Positions 9,403 through 19,909 of a stretch of DNA of 64,000 nucleotides are shown here, one piece after another (within the stretch, counting starts at the first letter, position 1; the number at the start of each line of letters is the position of its first letter). This stretch comes from an uncultured Alphaproteobacteria bacterium (GTDB lineage Bacteria > Pseudomonadota > Alphaproteobacteria > SHNJ01): NCBI GenBank assembly GCA_964458615.1, contig CAYWJR010000001.1:24429-88428 (forward strand), read 5' to 3'. The position numbers were made by a program, and so were the translations under genes. The notes beneath the pieces were generated by a model. That model had not been told where the DNA came from. It searched no databases and saw nothing but the letters and a program-made list of their open reading frames with translations.

Positions 9403-10398
9403 ATGCGTAAAATTTTATCGGTAATTTTCATCCTTGCCATGTTTTTGGTATCCGCGCCGCATGCCATGGCGCAACAAGAAACCGATGCCCCCGGCAACGC
9501 CCCAAAGCGGCTGAAAATCGTTGCCACATTCAGCATTTTATACGACATAACAAAAAATATTATCGGCGATCGGGCCGATCTTTCCACCCTGGTAGGAACG
9601 GGGCAAGACGTGCACAATTACCAATTGACGCCTGCGGCAATGCAGCAAATATCCAATGCCGACGTCATTATCAGCAACGGGATGAATTTCGAACATTGGC
9701 TGGGACGGGCGATTAAATCGGCCGATTTCAAAGGCGAAAGAATTATCGCATCGAAATCTTCGGACAAAAGCACATTAACAAAAGAACAAAAAAGAATGCG
9801 CGACAGTTACGTCGGCGAACACCCGGAAATGGCCGCGGACGAAGGCCATAAACATGACGGCAATTTGGACCCGCACGCATTCCAAAGCATCAGCAACGCC
9901 CGATTTTACGCCGCATGGATAGCCAAAGAACTTGGCCGCCTGGATCCGCCAAACGCCGATTTTTACCGCATCAATTATGAATCTTACCGCACGCAGTTGA
10001 TCGAATTGGAAAACTGGGCGAAATCGGAATTCGCCAAGGTGCAAGAATCGAAACGCAAAATGGTGACAACGCACGATTCGATGCAATATTTCGCGCAGTT
10101 TTTTAAAATTAAATCCTATAGTGCCTATGGTTTCAACACCGACCACGAACCTTCGGCGCAAGACATCGCCCGTTTGATCGACATTATCAACCGCGAAAAA
10201 ATCAAGGCCGTATTTTTTGAAAATATGGTCAGCCCGAGCATTATTAAAAAAATCAGCGATGAAACCGGCGTTACTGTCGGCGGCACATTATACACCGACG
10301 CGCTGAATAGCAAAAAAGACGAAGCCGATACATATATCGGCATGTACCGCCACAACGTGCAAACGATTGTAAGCGCCATGACCAGGGCCGGGAGTTAG
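9403..10398 (+). CDS. znuA: Metal ABC transporter periplasmic substrate-binding protein (ZnuA/TroA family).
   Basis: Signal peptide MRKILSVIFILAMFLVSAPHAMA, then the TroA-like fold with a His/acidic loop (EHPEMAADEGHKHDGNLDPH). SD-like caggag 8 nt upstream. The upstream part of track ORF 8938..10398 overlaps znuB in another frame and is rejected. Confidence 0.85.
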   Translation: MRKILSVIFILAMFLVSAPHAMAQQETDAPGNAPKRLKIVATFSILYDITKNIIGDRADLSTLVGTGQDVHNYQLTPAAMQQISNADVIISNGMNFEHWLGRAIKSADFKGERIIASKSSDKSTLTKEQKRMRDSYVGEHPEMAADEGHKHDGNLDPHAFQSISNARFYAAWIAKELGRLDPPNADFYRINYESYRTQLIELENWAKSEFAKVQESKRKMVTTHDSMQYFAQFFKIKSYSAYGFNTDHEPSAQDIARLIDIINREKIKAVFFENMVSPSIIKKISDETGVTVGGTLYTDALNSKKDEADTYIGMYRHNVQTIVSAMTRAGS

Positions 10399-10424
10399 TA
10401 GGTCAAAAGATTCACAGAATAAAC

Positions 10425-10516
10425 TGGCGGATGGAGCGAGATTCGAACTCGCGAGGGACTTACGCCCCTGCCGGTTTTCAAGACCGGTGCTTTCAACCGC
10501 TCAGCCATCCATCCGC
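10425..10516 (-). tRNA. tRNA-Ser (anticodon TGA), class II tRNA with long variable arm, CCA encoded.
   Basis: Reverse complement reads GCGGATGGATGGCTGAGCGGTTGAAAGCACCGGTCTTGAAAACCGGCAGGGGCGTAAGTCCCTCGCGAGTTCGAATCTCGCTCCATCCGCCA. Acceptor stem pairs, anticodon loop CTTGAAA, T-loop GTTCGAATC. Confidence 0.85.
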
Positions 10517-10674
10517 ATGGTTTATGTGATACCAGACAATGCGGAACGCCGTCTATCCCCGATTTGGGGCTTTGTCACCGATTTTATCAAATATATGGCA
10601 ATATTCCGCTAATCCTTGTATCACTTGGGTTGAAAAATTATAATATGGTATCAATCGTCCTTATGGTGCTTCCT

Positions 10675-11745
10675 ATGTCAAAAAATCCCGTCACCCGCCG
10701 ACCTGCCTTTCATCTGCTTTATCGTGCGTTGTTTATTGCCTGCTTGATCGGTGTATCGGCGCAAAATGCCCGGGCTGACGAAGGCGAATTTTACGCCTGG
10801 CTGAGCAATTTCCGCACCGAAGCGTATAAACAAGGCATCAGCCCCGAAAGCATCAACGATCATTTCGCGGCAATCGAATACGTTCCAGATGTGATAACCA
10901 AAGACCGCAATCAACCGGAATTCAAATTATCGTTCAAAGATTACAAACAAAAAATCGTATCGGCCGAACGTATCGCCACGGGCAAAAAATCTTTGCGCGC
11001 CAACGAAAAATATTTGAACTGGGTGGAACAAAAATCCGGCGTGCCGAAATCGATTGTTGTCGCATTATGGGGCATCGAAACGCGTTTCGGACAGGTTACC
11101 GGCGGTTATGACATCCTAAGCGCGCTGGCGACATTGTCATATGACGGCAGACGGCGCGAATATTTTACCAAGGAATTTATCACCACGTTAAAATTGATGG
11201 ATAAACATCCGTATTTGACAAAACCGTTTATGGGATCATGGGCAGGGGCGATGGGACAATGCCAATTCATGCCCAGCACGTACTGGAATTTTGCGATCGA
11301 CGGCAACAATAATGGCCGCGTGGATTTGTGGAACGAACGCGAAGACGTATTCGCATCCGCCGCGAATTATTTGATGAAATCCGGCTGGAAAAAAGGCGAG
11401 CCATGGGGAACGCCCGTTAAACTAAGCAAGCCGGTGGACATCGAACTGGCGACGCTGAACGTGCAAAAAACCGTCGCGGAATGGGGTAAAATGGGTGTTA
11501 AAACATCCGCCGGCGGCGCTATGCCCAATTCCGGCGCCAAGGCATCGTTGATTATGCCCGATGGCAAAGACGGCCCGGCGTTTTTGGTATACCGCAATTA
11601 CCGCACTATTATGGCATGGAACCGGTCGCATCATTTCGCCATCAGCGTCGGCATGTTGTCCGACCGGATCGGCGGCGTGCAAAAGCATGCGGAACAACAA
11701 CCCGACAAACCATTATCATCCGCTGTTTCGGACGATATTTTATAA
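10675..11745 (+). CDS. mltB: Lytic murein transglycosylase (MltB family).
   Basis: Signal peptide MSKNPVTRRPAFHLLYRALFIACLIGVSAQNARA. Conserved MltB motifs (ALWGIETRFG, GAMGQCQFMPSTY). Start at 10675 preferred over 10564. Confidence 0.8.
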   Translation: MSKNPVTRRPAFHLLYRALFIACLIGVSAQNARADEGEFYAWLSNFRTEAYKQGISPESINDHFAAIEYVPDVITKDRNQPEFKLSFKDYKQKIVSAERIATGKKSLRANEKYLNWVEQKSGVPKSIVVALWGIETRFGQVTGGYDILSALATLSYDGRRREYFTKEFITTLKLMDKHPYLTKPFMGSWAGAMGQCQFMPSTYWNFAIDGNNNGRVDLWNEREDVFASAANYLMKSGWKKGEPWGTPVKLSKPVDIELATLNVQKTVAEWGKMGVKTSAGGAMPNSGAKASLIMPDGKDGPAFLVYRNYRTIMAWNRSHHFAISVGMLSDRIGGVQKHAEQQPDKPLSSAVSDDIL

Positions 11746-11754
11746 TTCGATTTT

Positions 11755-12879
11755 ATGAAACGGTTCATCCGCACCATTTGCGTTTCAATTGGGGTTGCCG
11801 TGGGGCTTTCGGGCTGCGCGGAAACGCAATTTATTACGCATGCCGGTAAAATATGGGGCGACGGTTCGACGCAACAACAAACCGCCGTCAATCCGAACGT
11901 GCAATACAAAGTCGGCAAACCATATCAAATCCAAGGACGTTGGTATTATCCCAAAGAAGATTGGGGTTACAGCGAAGAAGGTTTGGCGTCTTGGTACGGC
12001 GATGAATTTCATGGCCGCAAAACCGCTAATGGCGAATCGTTCGATAAATCCGCATTGACGGCGGCGCACCGCACCTTGCCTATGCCAAGCCTGGTTCGCG
12101 TGACGAATTTGGACAATGGCCGCATTGCGGTTTTGCGGGTCAACGACCGTGGGCCATTCAAAAAAGGCCGGATCATTGATGTCTCTCACGAAGCCGCCAG
12201 GGTGTTGGGATTTGAATCCCAAGGCATGGCGCGCGTGCGGGTTGAATTATTGACCGAAGAAAGCAAACGTTTGGCCATGGCGCACGGCGCCGATTTGCCC
12301 GACGATGTCGTCCAATCGATCCCTCGTTCCGGCGACCCGATTACCATGCAACAAACAAATGGCGGCATGGGCGCACCGCCTGGCGACGGCGATGTAACGG
12401 GGCAGGGATCGTCATTTCAATCTATCCAGACCGTGGAATTAACCCCGCCAGAACCGCTTGCCCCGCAAGGCGCCAAACGCCCACAGCCTTCTTTTACCCC
12501 GCCGCCCGCGCCATACGGTTCGGCGCAATCCCCTGGATTCGGCAACCAAGAATCGGAGCCAAATGTCGGGTTCAGCCGTTCCGATCAAACAAGCGATTTT
12601 GCGCCATCGCGCGCGCAACCCCAGGCCGCAGCGCCTGTCCCCGAAACCCAAGGCAATTTGTACCTGCAAGTCGGGGCATTTTCGAACCAGCAAAATGTGG
12701 AAAGACTGCAAAATCAGTTAAAAAACCTTGGCCAAGTCCAAGTCACCCCATTAGAAAGAAATGGCAGAACGTTGTTTCGCGTCCGCCTGGGGCCGATTTC
12801 CAGTTTCGACCAAGCAACCGTATTGCAATCCCGTGTCGCCGAATTCGGAATACAGGACGCAAAAATTATTTCGGAATAA
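11755..12879 (+). CDS. rlpA: Septal ring lytic transglycosylase RlpA (lipoprotein; DPBB domain plus C-terminal SPOR domain).
   Basis: Lipobox LSGC. DPBB region ([20 protein letters not shown]...RVTNLDNGR...VNDRGP). Pro-rich linker, then a SPOR-like C-terminus ([21 protein letters not shown]...FRVRLGP). Confidence 0.85.
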   Translation: MKRFIRTICVSIGVAVGLSGCAETQFITHAGKIWGDGSTQQQTAVNPNVQYKVGKPYQIQGRWYYPKEDWGYSEEGLASWYGDEFHGRKTANGESFDKSALTAAHRTLPMPSLVRVTNLDNGRIAVLRVNDRGPFKKGRIIDVSHEAARVLGFESQGMARVRVELLTEESKRLAMAHGADLPDDVVQSIPRSGDPITMQQTNGGMGAPPGDGDVTGQGSSFQSIQTVELTPPEPLAPQGAKRPQPSFTPPPAPYGSAQSPGFGNQESEPNVGFSRSDQTSDFAPSRAQPQAAAPVPETQGNLYLQVGAFSNQQNVERLQNQLKNLGQVQVTPLERNGRTLFRVRLGPISSFDQATVLQSRVAEFGIQDAKIISE

Positions 12880-12905
12880 AACTTCAAAATAACAACAGGT
12901 GTTTA

Positions 12906-14042
12906 ATGACGATTCGTAAATTGACTGCGCTGATATGCGTTTTGGCCATATTCACCTGCTGGACGATAAATGCCGCATTGGCCATGGAAACCCCGGCTCG
13001 GCAGGCGATTGTTTTCGACGCGCAAACGGGCACCATTTTGTTTGAAAAAAACGCGGATGAAAAAATGCCGCCTTCGTCCATGAGCAAATTAATGACCGCG
13101 TATGTCGTTTTCGACATGTTGAAAAACGGCAAATTGAAATTGGAAGATACGTTCAAAGTCTCACAAAAGGCCTGGTCTACCCAAGGTTCCAAAATGTTCA
13201 TCGACATTAACACCGATGTCAAAATCGAAGATTTGCTGCGCGGTATGATCATTCAATCAGGCAACGACGCGTGCGTCGCATTGGCCGAAGGCGTATCGGG
13301 CAACGAAGAATCATTTTCGGATTTGTTGAATGAAACCGCCGCCAAAATCGGCCTGACATCCAGCCAATTCCGCAATTCAAACGGATGGCCGGATCCGAAT
13401 CATTATATGACTGCGCGCGATTTGTTGACATTGGGTTTGCACCTGATCAACGATTTCCCGGAATACATGCATTATTACAAAGAAACCGAATACACCTATC
13501 ACAAGATTAAACAAGGCAACCGCAATCCGTTATTGTACGGATTTCACGGCGCGGACGGTTTAAAAACCGGCCACACCGACGAAGCCGGCTATGGATTGGT
13601 TGGAACCGCCATTCGTGACGGCAGACGATTGATTATGGTCGTCAACGGATTGAAATCCATGCAAGAACGCGCCGACGAATCCAAACGGTTGTTGGAATGG
13701 GGTTTCCGCGAATTTAAAAATTATAAAATCGCGACGCCGGGTCAAACCATGGCCGATGTCCCGATTTGGATGGGCGAAAAAGACAAAGTCGCCGTCGCGG
13801 TCAAAGACCCCGTAATATTCACATTATCGAACGCGGACAGGGGCACGGTCAACGCCAAGGTTAAATTTACCCAGCCCGTTCATGCCCCCGTATCCAAAGA
13901 TACCGCCATTGCGGTTTTAACGGTCACTGGCGCAGGCGGATTCACCAAAGATTATCCGCTTTATCCCGTCGAAAATGTTGCTAAACTAGGGTTCATAAGC
14001 CGAACAATCAAAGGCATAACCTATATTTTAACGGGCAACTGA
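12906..14042 (+). CDS. dacC: D-alanyl-D-alanine carboxypeptidase (low-MW PBP, PBP5/6 family).
   Basis: Signal peptide. SMSK (SxxK), SGN and KTG motifs. C-terminal beta-sandwich domain. Confidence 0.85.
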   Translation: MTIRKLTALICVLAIFTCWTINAALAMETPARQAIVFDAQTGTILFEKNADEKMPPSSMSKLMTAYVVFDMLKNGKLKLEDTFKVSQKAWSTQGSKMFIDINTDVKIEDLLRGMIIQSGNDACVALAEGVSGNEESFSDLLNETAAKIGLTSSQFRNSNGWPDPNHYMTARDLLTLGLHLINDFPEYMHYYKETEYTYHKIKQGNRNPLLYGFHGADGLKTGHTDEAGYGLVGTAIRDGRRLIMVVNGLKSMQERADESKRLLEWGFREFKNYKIATPGQTMADVPIWMGEKDKVAVAVKDPVIFTLSNADRGTVNAKVKFTQPVHAPVSKDTAIAVLTVTGAGGFTKDYPLYPVENVAKLGFISRTIKGITYILTGN

Positions 14043-14045
14043 TAC

Positions 14046-14714
14046 ATGAATAAACCCGCTGCGGTACCGGGGCGTTTTATCACCCTTGAAGGTGGGGAAG
14101 GCGTCGGTAAATCCACCCAATGCAAACGCCTGGCTCTGGCTTTGCAATCGTGCGGCATTAATGCCATCACCACGCGTGAACCTGGCGGCGTGCCTCAGGC
14201 CGAAGAAATCAGAAAAACGTTATTGCAAGGCAAAGACGATAAATGGCACCCAATCAGCGAGGTGTTGTTGTTGAACGCCGCGCGCAAACAACATGTCGAA
14301 AATTTGATTAAACCGGCACTGGATGCCGGCAATTGGGTAATTTGCGACCGTTTTATGGATTCCACCATGGCGTATCAAGGATATGTCAAAGGTGTTGGGC
14401 GCGAAGCCGTGCAAACAATACACCGTATGGCGTTTGACGATTTTGAACCCGATTTGACATTGATTATCGATCTGCCGACCGAAACCACATTGGAACGCGT
14501 CGATAAACGCAAAGGCAAAAAAGACCGGATTGAGGCCAGTTATCACAAAACGCACCGCATACTTCGCGGCGCGTTTTTAGACATTGCGGGCAATGCCCCC
14601 GACCGCTGCTTGGTAATCGACGGCACCGGCGATTTAAACCAAGTCACCGCCCGTTTGATCAATGCGCTGAACGCCAGATTCCATTTGCAAATGGCCATGA
14701 AAAAAGCCGGATAG
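14046..14714 (+). CDS. tmk: Thymidylate (dTMP) kinase.
   Basis: P-loop EGGEGVGKST, DRF motif (CDRFMDST), LID region. Confidence 0.9.
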   Translation: MNKPAAVPGRFITLEGGEGVGKSTQCKRLALALQSCGINAITTREPGGVPQAEEIRKTLLQGKDDKWHPISEVLLLNAARKQHVENLIKPALDAGNWVICDRFMDSTMAYQGYVKGVGREAVQTIHRMAFDDFEPDLTLIIDLPTETTLERVDKRKGKKDRIEASYHKTHRILRGAFLDIAGNAPDRCLVIDGTGDLNQVTARLINALNARFHLQMAMKKAG

Positions 14715-14717
14715 GCC

Positions 14718-15776
14718 ATGACCAGCATTATCGGACAATCCGCCGCGATCGAAGAATTCTGGAATACTTGCCGTTCCGGTAAAATCCCGCAAAGCTGGAT
14801 TTTCACAGGCCCCAAAGGCATCGGAAAATCGACATTCGCATTATACGCGGCGCGCGAATTGCTGGCCGGAACGATCAGCGCCAAGGCGATTGAAATCGCC
14901 GAAACCAAACCCACCATGTTATTCGCGGAACCCGAAGCGCCAAAAGCGCCAACTCCGGATTCCATTCACGATCCCGATCATCCATTGTACCGCAAGGTCA
15001 TGGCCGGGACGCATCCGGATTTGTTGGTAATCGACGGAAAACCCAAAGACGGCGAAAAACAAAAAAGCGAGCTTGGCGTCGATTTCATCCGCGAAGTTCC
15101 CGCATTTTTGCGCAAAGCCGCCGCCGAAGGCAGTTGGCGGATCGTGATTATCGACGATGCGGAAATGATGAACCGCAACGCATCGAACGCCATTTTAAAA
15201 ATTCTCGAAGAACCGCCGGCCAAATCATTGATTATTCTGGTCGCATCCACGTTGGGGTATTTTCCGCCGACCATCCGGTCGCGTTGCCGCGTATTGCGGT
15301 TTGCGCCATTGTCGGATTCGGCGTTGCGGGAATATATGCAAAATTATTTCCCGGCCATTCACCGCGAATCGGATCAGAACGCCTATATCGACCTGTCATC
15401 TGGCAGCATCGGCCATTTAAAATTGCTGATCGAATCCGATGCGATGGCCATTTGCGGCGAAGTTAAAAGAATGCTGGAACACATCGCCGCCAAATCCCCG
15501 GAATGGCCGCGCATGCACGATTTGGCCGAAAAATTCGGCGCAAATCCTGTTGTGGCGCAAATAATCATGAATAAAATCTGCGAAAGCGCGATCAGGCCGC
15601 ACCAACCCGATTCCCCGCAGGAATCCGATTTAAGGCCGGTTTTATTGCAAATAAAGCCGCAACAGGCATGGTTGGAATATTATGACCACATGCAAGAGCT
15701 TGTTGGAAAGCAACAATTCCTGTATCTTGACGCCAAGCAAACATGGTTGAATTTGATGGCCAAAATGGCCGCCTAA
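14718..15776 (+). CDS. holB: DNA polymerase III subunit delta-prime.
   Basis: AAA+ clamp-loader fold: Walker A-like GPKGIGKST and the SRC motif (IRSRCRVLRF). Conserved tmk-holB-metG gene order. Confidence 0.85.
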   Translation: MTSIIGQSAAIEEFWNTCRSGKIPQSWIFTGPKGIGKSTFALYAARELLAGTISAKAIEIAETKPTMLFAEPEAPKAPTPDSIHDPDHPLYRKVMAGTHPDLLVIDGKPKDGEKQKSELGVDFIREVPAFLRKAAAEGSWRIVIIDDAEMMNRNASNAILKILEEPPAKSLIILVASTLGYFPPTIRSRCRVLRFAPLSDSALREYMQNYFPAIHRESDQNAYIDLSSGSIGHLKLLIESDAMAICGEVKRMLEHIAAKSPEWPRMHDLAEKFGANPVVAQIIMNKICESAIRPHQPDSPQESDLRPVLLQIKPQQAWLEYYDHMQELVGKQQFLYLDAKQTWLNLMAKMAA

Positions 15777-15797
15777 AATATAAGGCGAGGGGAAGAC

Positions 15798-17342
15798 ATG
15801 ACCGAAAAAAATTATTACATCACAACGCCGATATATTACGTCAATGACGCGCCGCATATCGGTCACGCATATACAACATTGGCTTGTGACGTATTGGCGC
15901 GGTTTAAACGGTTGGATGGATACAATGTCCGGTTTTTGACCGGCACCGACGAACACGGACAAAAAGTGGAAAAAGCAGCGGAAAAAGCGGGCATGTCGCC
16001 AAAGGCGTTTACCGACAAAGTATCGCAAAATTTCCGCGATCTGTGCCGCACCATGAATTTTTCCGAAGACGATTTTATCCGCACAACCGAAGATCGCCAT
16101 TTGAAATGCGCGCAAAGTTTCTGGAATAAATTGGTTGAAAAGGGCGACATTTATATCGGCAAATACGCCGGATGGTACGCCGTGCGCGACGAAGCATTTT
16201 ATGCCGAATCCGAATTGGTGAATGGCAAAGCGCCGACGGGCGCCGATGTCGAATGGGTCGAAGAGCCAAGTTATTTTTTCAAATTATCCGCCTGGCAAGA
16301 CCGGTTATTGAAATTCTACGAAGAAAATCCTGGTTTCATCGCGCCGGAATCGCGCCGCAATGAGATCCTCAGTTTCGTGCGCGGCGGATTGATGGATTTG
16401 TCGGTTTCCCGCACATCGTTCAAATGGGGCGTTCCAGTTCCCAATGACGATAAACACATCATGTATGTCTGGATCGAGGCATTAAGCAATTACATCACCG
16501 CAGTTGGATACCCAGAAACCGGCGGAGATTTCAAAAAATTCTGGCCAGCCGATTTACATATGGTGGGCAAGGATATTATTCGTTTTCATTGCGTGTATTG
16601 GCCCGCATTTTTAATGGCTGCCGATTTGCCGCCGCCAAAACGCGTTTTCGCCCATGGCTGGTGGACGAACGAAGGCCAGAAAATTTCCAAATCCCTTGGC
16701 AACGTAATCGATCCTGTTGGTTTGGTTAAAAAATACGGCCTCGATGCGGTGCGTTATTTCATGATGCGCGAAGTGCCATTCGGCAATGACGGCGATTTTT
16801 CGCACGCATCGATGTTGCGCCGGATGAACACTGAACTTGCGAACGATTTCGGCAATTTGGTGCAACGCGTTGTCGCGTTTATCCATAAAAATGCCGGGGG
16901 GATTGTGCCGAAAAACAACGGCTTGCAACCACCCGATCAGGAAATGTTGAATCAGGCCTATGGGCTTTTGGACAAAATGCGCAAGGAACTAGACGCCCAA
17001 GCGATCAGCAAATCTTTGGATGTTTTTCAATCGCTGATCAGCGCCGCAAACCAATATGTCGATACCGGCGCGCCGTGGACATTGCGCAAAACCGATCCTG
17101 ACCGGATGGAAACGGTATTGTACGTATTGCTCGAAGTGATTCGTCATTTGGCATTGGCATCGCAACCATTTATGCCGGAATCGGCCGCCAAGATTTTATA
17201 TATCTTGAACGTGCCTGAATCCAAACGCGATTTTTCGCATGCCGGCGCGGCGCATGCCCTGGTTTCTGGCAATGCGTTAAATCCTGCGGTGCCCGTGTTC
17301 CCAAGATTTGTCGAAGAAGACGCGGCAAAAACCGGAACCTAA
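15798..17342 (+). CDS. metG: Methionine--tRNA ligase (short form).
   Basis: HIGH motif (PHIGHAYT) and KMSKS motif (KISKSLGN), 514 aa. Confidence 0.95.
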   Translation: MTEKNYYITTPIYYVNDAPHIGHAYTTLACDVLARFKRLDGYNVRFLTGTDEHGQKVEKAAEKAGMSPKAFTDKVSQNFRDLCRTMNFSEDDFIRTTEDRHLKCAQSFWNKLVEKGDIYIGKYAGWYAVRDEAFYAESELVNGKAPTGADVEWVEEPSYFFKLSAWQDRLLKFYEENPGFIAPESRRNEILSFVRGGLMDLSVSRTSFKWGVPVPNDDKHIMYVWIEALSNYITAVGYPETGGDFKKFWPADLHMVGKDIIRFHCVYWPAFLMAADLPPPKRVFAHGWWTNEGQKISKSLGNVIDPVGLVKKYGLDAVRYFMMREVPFGNDGDFSHASMLRRMNTELANDFGNLVQRVVAFIHKNAGGIVPKNNGLQPPDQEMLNQAYGLLDKMRKELDAQAISKSLDVFQSLISAANQYVDTGAPWTLRKTDPDRMETVLYVLLEVIRHLALASQPFMPESAAKILYILNVPESKRDFSHAGAAHALVSGNALNPAVPVFPRFVEEDAAKTGT

Positions 17343-17343
17343 T

Positions 17344-18117
17344 ATGTTCATTGATTCGCATTGCCATTTGGATTATGAACCCCTGGCCGCGGATACGGCC
17401 GGGGTTTTGGCGCGGGCGAAAAACGCCGGCGTCGATAAAATGCTGACCATCAGCACGAAATTGACCGAATGGCCAAAGGTGCTGAAACTGGCCGAAATGC
17501 ATGCAAATGTATATTGTTCCATCGGCGTTCATCCGCACAATGCCGCAACGGAAACCATGTGGCCGCGCGAAGAATTTTTAAAATATTGCGCCCATCCAAA
17601 GGTAATTGGAATCGGCGAGGCGGGATTGGATTATTACTACGATCATGCGCCGCGCGACGTACAACATAAAATTTTCCGCGACCACATCGCGATTGCCCGC
17701 GAAACGCAATTGCCGATTATCATTCACACCCGCGACGCCGACGAAGACACAGAAATGATTTTGCGCGATGAATTCGCCCGTGGCGCGTTCCCAATTTTAC
17801 TTCATTGTTTTACGGCAGGTGAAAAATTGGCGCGGGCAGGGATCGAATTGGGCGGATATATTTCTTTTTCCGGTATTTTGACATACAAAACCGCGCAAAA
17901 TTTGCGCGATATTGCCGCGCAATTGCCAATCGACCGTATTTTGATTGAAACCGATTCCCCATATCTGGCGCCTGTTCCGATGCGCGGCAAATCGAACGAA
18001 CCTGCGTTTGTCGCTCACACAGCCCAGCAATTGGCGGATGTAAGAAATCTAACCGCTGCCGAAATCGGAAAAATAACCAGCGATAATTTCCATAATCTAT
18101 TCCGGAAGGCCGCATGA
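17344..18117 (+). CDS. tatD: TatD-family metal-dependent hydrolase/DNase.
   Basis: Starts MFIDSHCHLDY (first metal-binding HxH). GEAGLDYYY and HTRDAD motifs. The track ORF start at 17308 overlaps metG and is rejected. Confidence 0.9.
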   Translation: MFIDSHCHLDYEPLAADTAGVLARAKNAGVDKMLTISTKLTEWPKVLKLAEMHANVYCSIGVHPHNAATETMWPREEFLKYCAHPKVIGIGEAGLDYYYDHAPRDVQHKIFRDHIAIARETQLPIIIHTRDADEDTEMILRDEFARGAFPILLHCFTAGEKLARAGIELGGYISFSGILTYKTAQNLRDIAAQLPIDRILIETDSPYLAPVPMRGKSNEPAFVAHTAQQLADVRNLTAAEIGKITSDNFHNLFRKAA

Positions 18118-18884
18118 AGATTACGATATTGGGATGCGGCGGATCCGGCGGCGTGCCGTTGATTGGCAATAATTGGGGCAGATGCGATCCCGCAAATCCA
18201 AAAAATACCCGCACGCGGCCGTCTATATATATAGAAGACAATGGCGTCGGTATTTTAATCGACACATCGCCGGATTTACGCACACAATTATTGGCCAACA
18301 ATATATCGCGCGTTAATGCGGTGTTATACACCCATGCGCACGCCGATCATTTGCACGGTATCGACGATATGCGGGGCATGAATCGTGTCATGCAAAAAGT
18401 TATTCCAATTTATGCCGACCGGCCAACTATGGACGAAATCGAAAAATGTTTCGGTTACGTTTTAAAAATTTTGCCGGATGGTCATGGTTTTTACCGCCCG
18501 CAATTGCAACCCAATTTGATCCAAGCCTATCAGGAATTTCAATTCGAACATTTGAAAATCATGCCGATTTTGCAAAATCACGGCTATATAAACAGTCTTG
18601 GGTTCCGTATCGGCAATTTCGCATATTGCACCGATGTGGTCGATTTTCCAGCCGAATCGTTTGAATTGTTGCGCGGCGTCGATACATGGATTGTCGATTG
18701 TTTTATCAACGAACCACACCAAAGCCACGCGCATGTCGACAAGGTTCTAGCTTGGGCGAATCAATTAAAGCCGCGCAGAACCATTTTAACGCATCTAAGC
18801 GCGCAGTTGGATTACGACAAATTGTCGGCCAAATGTCTGCCGGGAATGGAACCGGGGTTCGATGGCATGGTTATCGACGTTTAA
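18114..18884 (+). CDS. MBL-fold metallo-hydrolase (PhnP/GumP-like).
   Basis: Metallo-beta-lactamase motif YTHAHADHLHG. ATGA overlap with tatD. Conserved position after metG-tatD in alphaproteobacteria. Confidence 0.8.
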   Translation: MKITILGCGGSGGVPLIGNNWGRCDPANPKNTRTRPSIYIEDNGVGILIDTSPDLRTQLLANNISRVNAVLYTHAHADHLHGIDDMRGMNRVMQKVIPIYADRPTMDEIEKCFGYVLKILPDGHGFYRPQLQPNLIQAYQEFQFEHLKIMPILQNHGYINSLGFRIGNFAYCTDVVDFPAESFELLRGVDTWIVDCFINEPHQSHAHVDKVLAWANQLKPRRTILTHLSAQLDYDKLSAKCLPGMEPGFDGMVIDV

Positions 18885-19117
18885 AGCCTGTTGGTAATTT
18901 ACAGTTGACGGGGCATCTAAGGCCGCTATTGTTATATTCGGAATCTAAAGACATACTGTTCAACGCGTCATTATTTTCCATAATATATATACCTTAATCA
19001 ATAAGGTTAGTTACAGCAGAGGAAAACGGCGGAAAACCAAGTCTGTTTAACCACAGGATGAAACCGCCCCACTTTGCCCCTTAAACTTTCCTTTTAACCC
19101 GGTATCCAGCTTATATC

Positions 19118-19909
19118 ATGACAAACACCGACCGGCTTTTGGCAATCATGGCGCGCTTGCGCGACCCGGTTGACGGGTGCCCATGGGACATTAAACAAAC
19201 ATTCGAATCTATCGCACCTTATACCCTAGAAGAAGTCCACGAAGTTCTAGACGCCATTCGACGCGGCAACATGGCCGATTTGCGTGACGAGCTGGGCGAT
19301 TTATTGCTCCAGGTTGTGTTTCATTCCAGAATCGCCGAAGAATCGGATTATTTCAATTTTGATGATGTTGCCGGATCGATTGCAAACAAACTGGAACGGC
19401 GGCATCCGCACGTATTTGAATCGCAAAAAATCACTTCGGATACGGAATTACACCAAAACTGGAACCAAAAGAAACAAGCCGAACGGGCGGCAAAGCAGGG
19501 CGCAGATGTATCGGTTTTATCCGATATTCCGCCTGCCCTGCCTGCCCTTATGTTGGCGGTGAAATTACAAGAACGGGCGGCATCGGTTGGATTCGATTGG
19601 CCGGATCGCAACGGCCCGATGGATAAAATTCACGAAGAATTGGTAGAATTGAAAACCGAAATTCATGCCGGGGATATGGAAAAAATGGCGGATGAATTGG
19701 GCGATTTGCTTTTTTCCATCTGCAATTTGGCAAGGCATTTAAAATTGTCGCCGGAAATATGTTTACTGAACGCCGCGCAAAAATTCAAAACCCGGTTTGA
19801 ATCCGTTGAAACAAACGTAAAACGGACTGGCAAATCCATGCAATCGATGACCATCGATGAATTGGAACATTTATGGCAAAACGCCAAAAAACAATTGGAT
19901 ACTATCTAG
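19118..19909 (+). CDS. mazG: Nucleoside triphosphate pyrophosphohydrolase MazG (tandem MazG domains).
   Basis: Two EExxE/D-containing MazG repeats (TLEEVHEVLDAI...LRDELGDLLLQV and IHEELVELKTE...MADELGDLLFSI). Confidence 0.9.
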   Translation: MTNTDRLLAIMARLRDPVDGCPWDIKQTFESIAPYTLEEVHEVLDAIRRGNMADLRDELGDLLLQVVFHSRIAEESDYFNFDDVAGSIANKLERRHPHVFESQKITSDTELHQNWNQKKQAERAAKQGADVSVLSDIPPALPALMLAVKLQERAASVGFDWPDRNGPMDKIHEELVELKTEIHAGDMEKMADELGDLLFSICNLARHLKLSPEICLLNAAQKFKTRFESVETNVKRTGKSMQSMTIDELEHLWQNAKKQLDTI

